Shown here one piece after another: positions 62,451 through 64,000 of a DNA stretch of 64,000 nucleotides. Every line of letters begins with the position of its first letter. The stretch's first letter is position 1. Source of the DNA: Blastocystis sp. subtype 4 (taxonomy: Eukaryota); assembly GCF_000743755.1 (NCBI RefSeq), contig NW_014569536.1:1-64000 (forward strand). Reading direction: 5' to 3'. A program made the position numbers and the translations under genes. A model generated the notes under the pieces. It was not told where the DNA came from and searched no databases. It saw nothing but the letters and a program-made list of their open reading frames with translations.

Positions 62451-64000
62451 ATGGAAGGACTCAGAGTTCTCATTAATTGATTATCGAATGACCAACAGTG
62501 ATAAAGTTATCAACGTAGGCGTGTTTAATAGCATTTTTGGTAAGTTGTAGTTGTGGTCTTCGATCGATAAAGCCCTTCTATCTGAATTAGATGCAATGAA
62601 AGTATCTGATTATTGGACGTATGAATCTGTGCTGTGCAGTTATATTTCAGGGTTCTTTTACACCTCTTCTTTGAAACAATACAGTTTGAAGAAAGTGCGG
62701 CTCCCTCAAAACGAATACGTGACCTGATTATTTTAATGCGGTCTCTGATTATTTCTCCTGATATTCTTCAACCTAGTTTCGAGAAGAATACGATGTTCAA
62801 ACAATCAGCGTCAGCATTCTATGAGGCATATTTACAATGTGCTGAAGAGAATAGTTACCGGTTTTTGCTCCTTCGACTAGTTTTTGTGGATTTTAAGCAG
62901 ATTGTCTCAGATTGCCCTCCGGAATACGTCACAATCCCTCAACCGTTTATTTCCAGTCTGGCTAATGTTATGTATGTAGAAAAGAAAGTGATCACCACTT
63001 TCTATACAACAAAGCTTGAATCAGTTCATCGTATTGTTCAAAATTATGAGATATATGCAGATTTCTGTTCAGTGTCTCCACTTCTGGCAATGCAGTTGGC
63101 TGAAACTTATCCCCTCTGGCCAAACCAGCATTCCTTTGATGGACTTGGCCTGGAGAAAACTCCTTTCTTTGCTCAATACTTCTTGTTCCGGACGGTCTCC
63201 TCTCCATTGTGGGTGAATGATCAATTGACATTTGAAAGAAGCTCGATTTCTGACAATGAAATGAAGATCCTCCTTGACCAGCAGACACATAACATGGAAC
63301 GCATTCACAAAGCTCAACACACGATCCTCCTCACCTTCCTCACTGCTTCCTATGTGTCACGAGATTACGTTCTCTCGTATGTAGCAACTCTTACAGAGGC
63401 TAATGTATCTCGTCGAGCTAATCCTGTTGGTACGGTTACTGGTGATGGACTTCTTATGAATCTCTCTACAGCCCTGTTGGAGGTGTTACGAGAGACACTT
63501 CTATCTGAGCCTAATGAAAAGTTTGCCCAACAATTCTTTCTCTATCTCTTTTCCGATCTAGGTAGAGTAGATTTCTTGAAACGCGATTTCCCTGCAGATC
63601 TGACATTACGTACACATCTGTTTAACATTCTAAATTGGTTGCGTCCAGAGAATAGTCTGGCTAGACGATGTGATTCACATTTATGGTGGCATGTGTTGAG
63701 AAGTAGTGTCACCGAGTTAAATCAAATGTTGGATGCTGGTTTAGAATGCAAACCTCACACATCCTTTGCACAGTTCGTAAGGGCGATGCACATGTCCGCA
63801 GATAGTCTAACATTCTCTCCTGCTATGATCCAACTGAAATCCTTCTTTGATTATTCTTATAACTATTTCATCACGGGAATTCAACCTTCTCGTATTATGC
63901 CTTCCTACTTTCAGACTGTTACTTGTTCAAATTGTAAGAAAACCATCACAAATACTCCGTGTTATCGGTGTATCTGTTGTACGTCATATTTCCTATGTTC
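62451..64000 (+). CDS. Ufd2/UBE4-core-like protein followed by the start of a ZZ-like zinc finger; truncated by the window
   Basis: RDYVLSYVATLTEANVSRRANPVGTVTGDGLLMNLSTALL resembles the Ufd2P core; CSNCKKTI...YRCICC at the window edge. Confidence 0.45.

Overview
This is eukaryotic nuclear DNA, almost certainly from the gut stramenopile Blastocystis. The assignment rests on very dense genes, many ~30-nt GT-AG introns, and the 3'-end signal TGTTTGTT behind nearly every gene. About 45 protein-coding genes and one tRNA-Glu(TTC) can be reconstructed. Most of the supplied ORFs are exon fragments or antisense shadows. Main points: (1) Six clear genes and three weaker candidates lack a genomic stop at the expected end and finish with an in-frame T or TA exactly 4 nt before a TGTTTGTT-like motif, so poly(A) addition would create UAA. 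(2) In five head-to-tail pairs this motif lies only 1-6 nt before the next ATG, leaving no room for a separate promoter. (3) There is an intronless, Firmicutes-like PTS EIIC-family membrane protein, probably a lateral transfer. (4) Other notable genes are a GNL3/Nug1 homologue with degenerate G1/G3 motifs, a RIO3-type kinase, a membrane metzincin with SP-repeat tail, tandem HRM-like surface proteins, and several mitochondrion-related-organelle genes (Mic10, metaxin, MMAB, Oma1). All gene models were spliced by eye, so boundaries are approximate and family calls come from motif recognition, not database searches.
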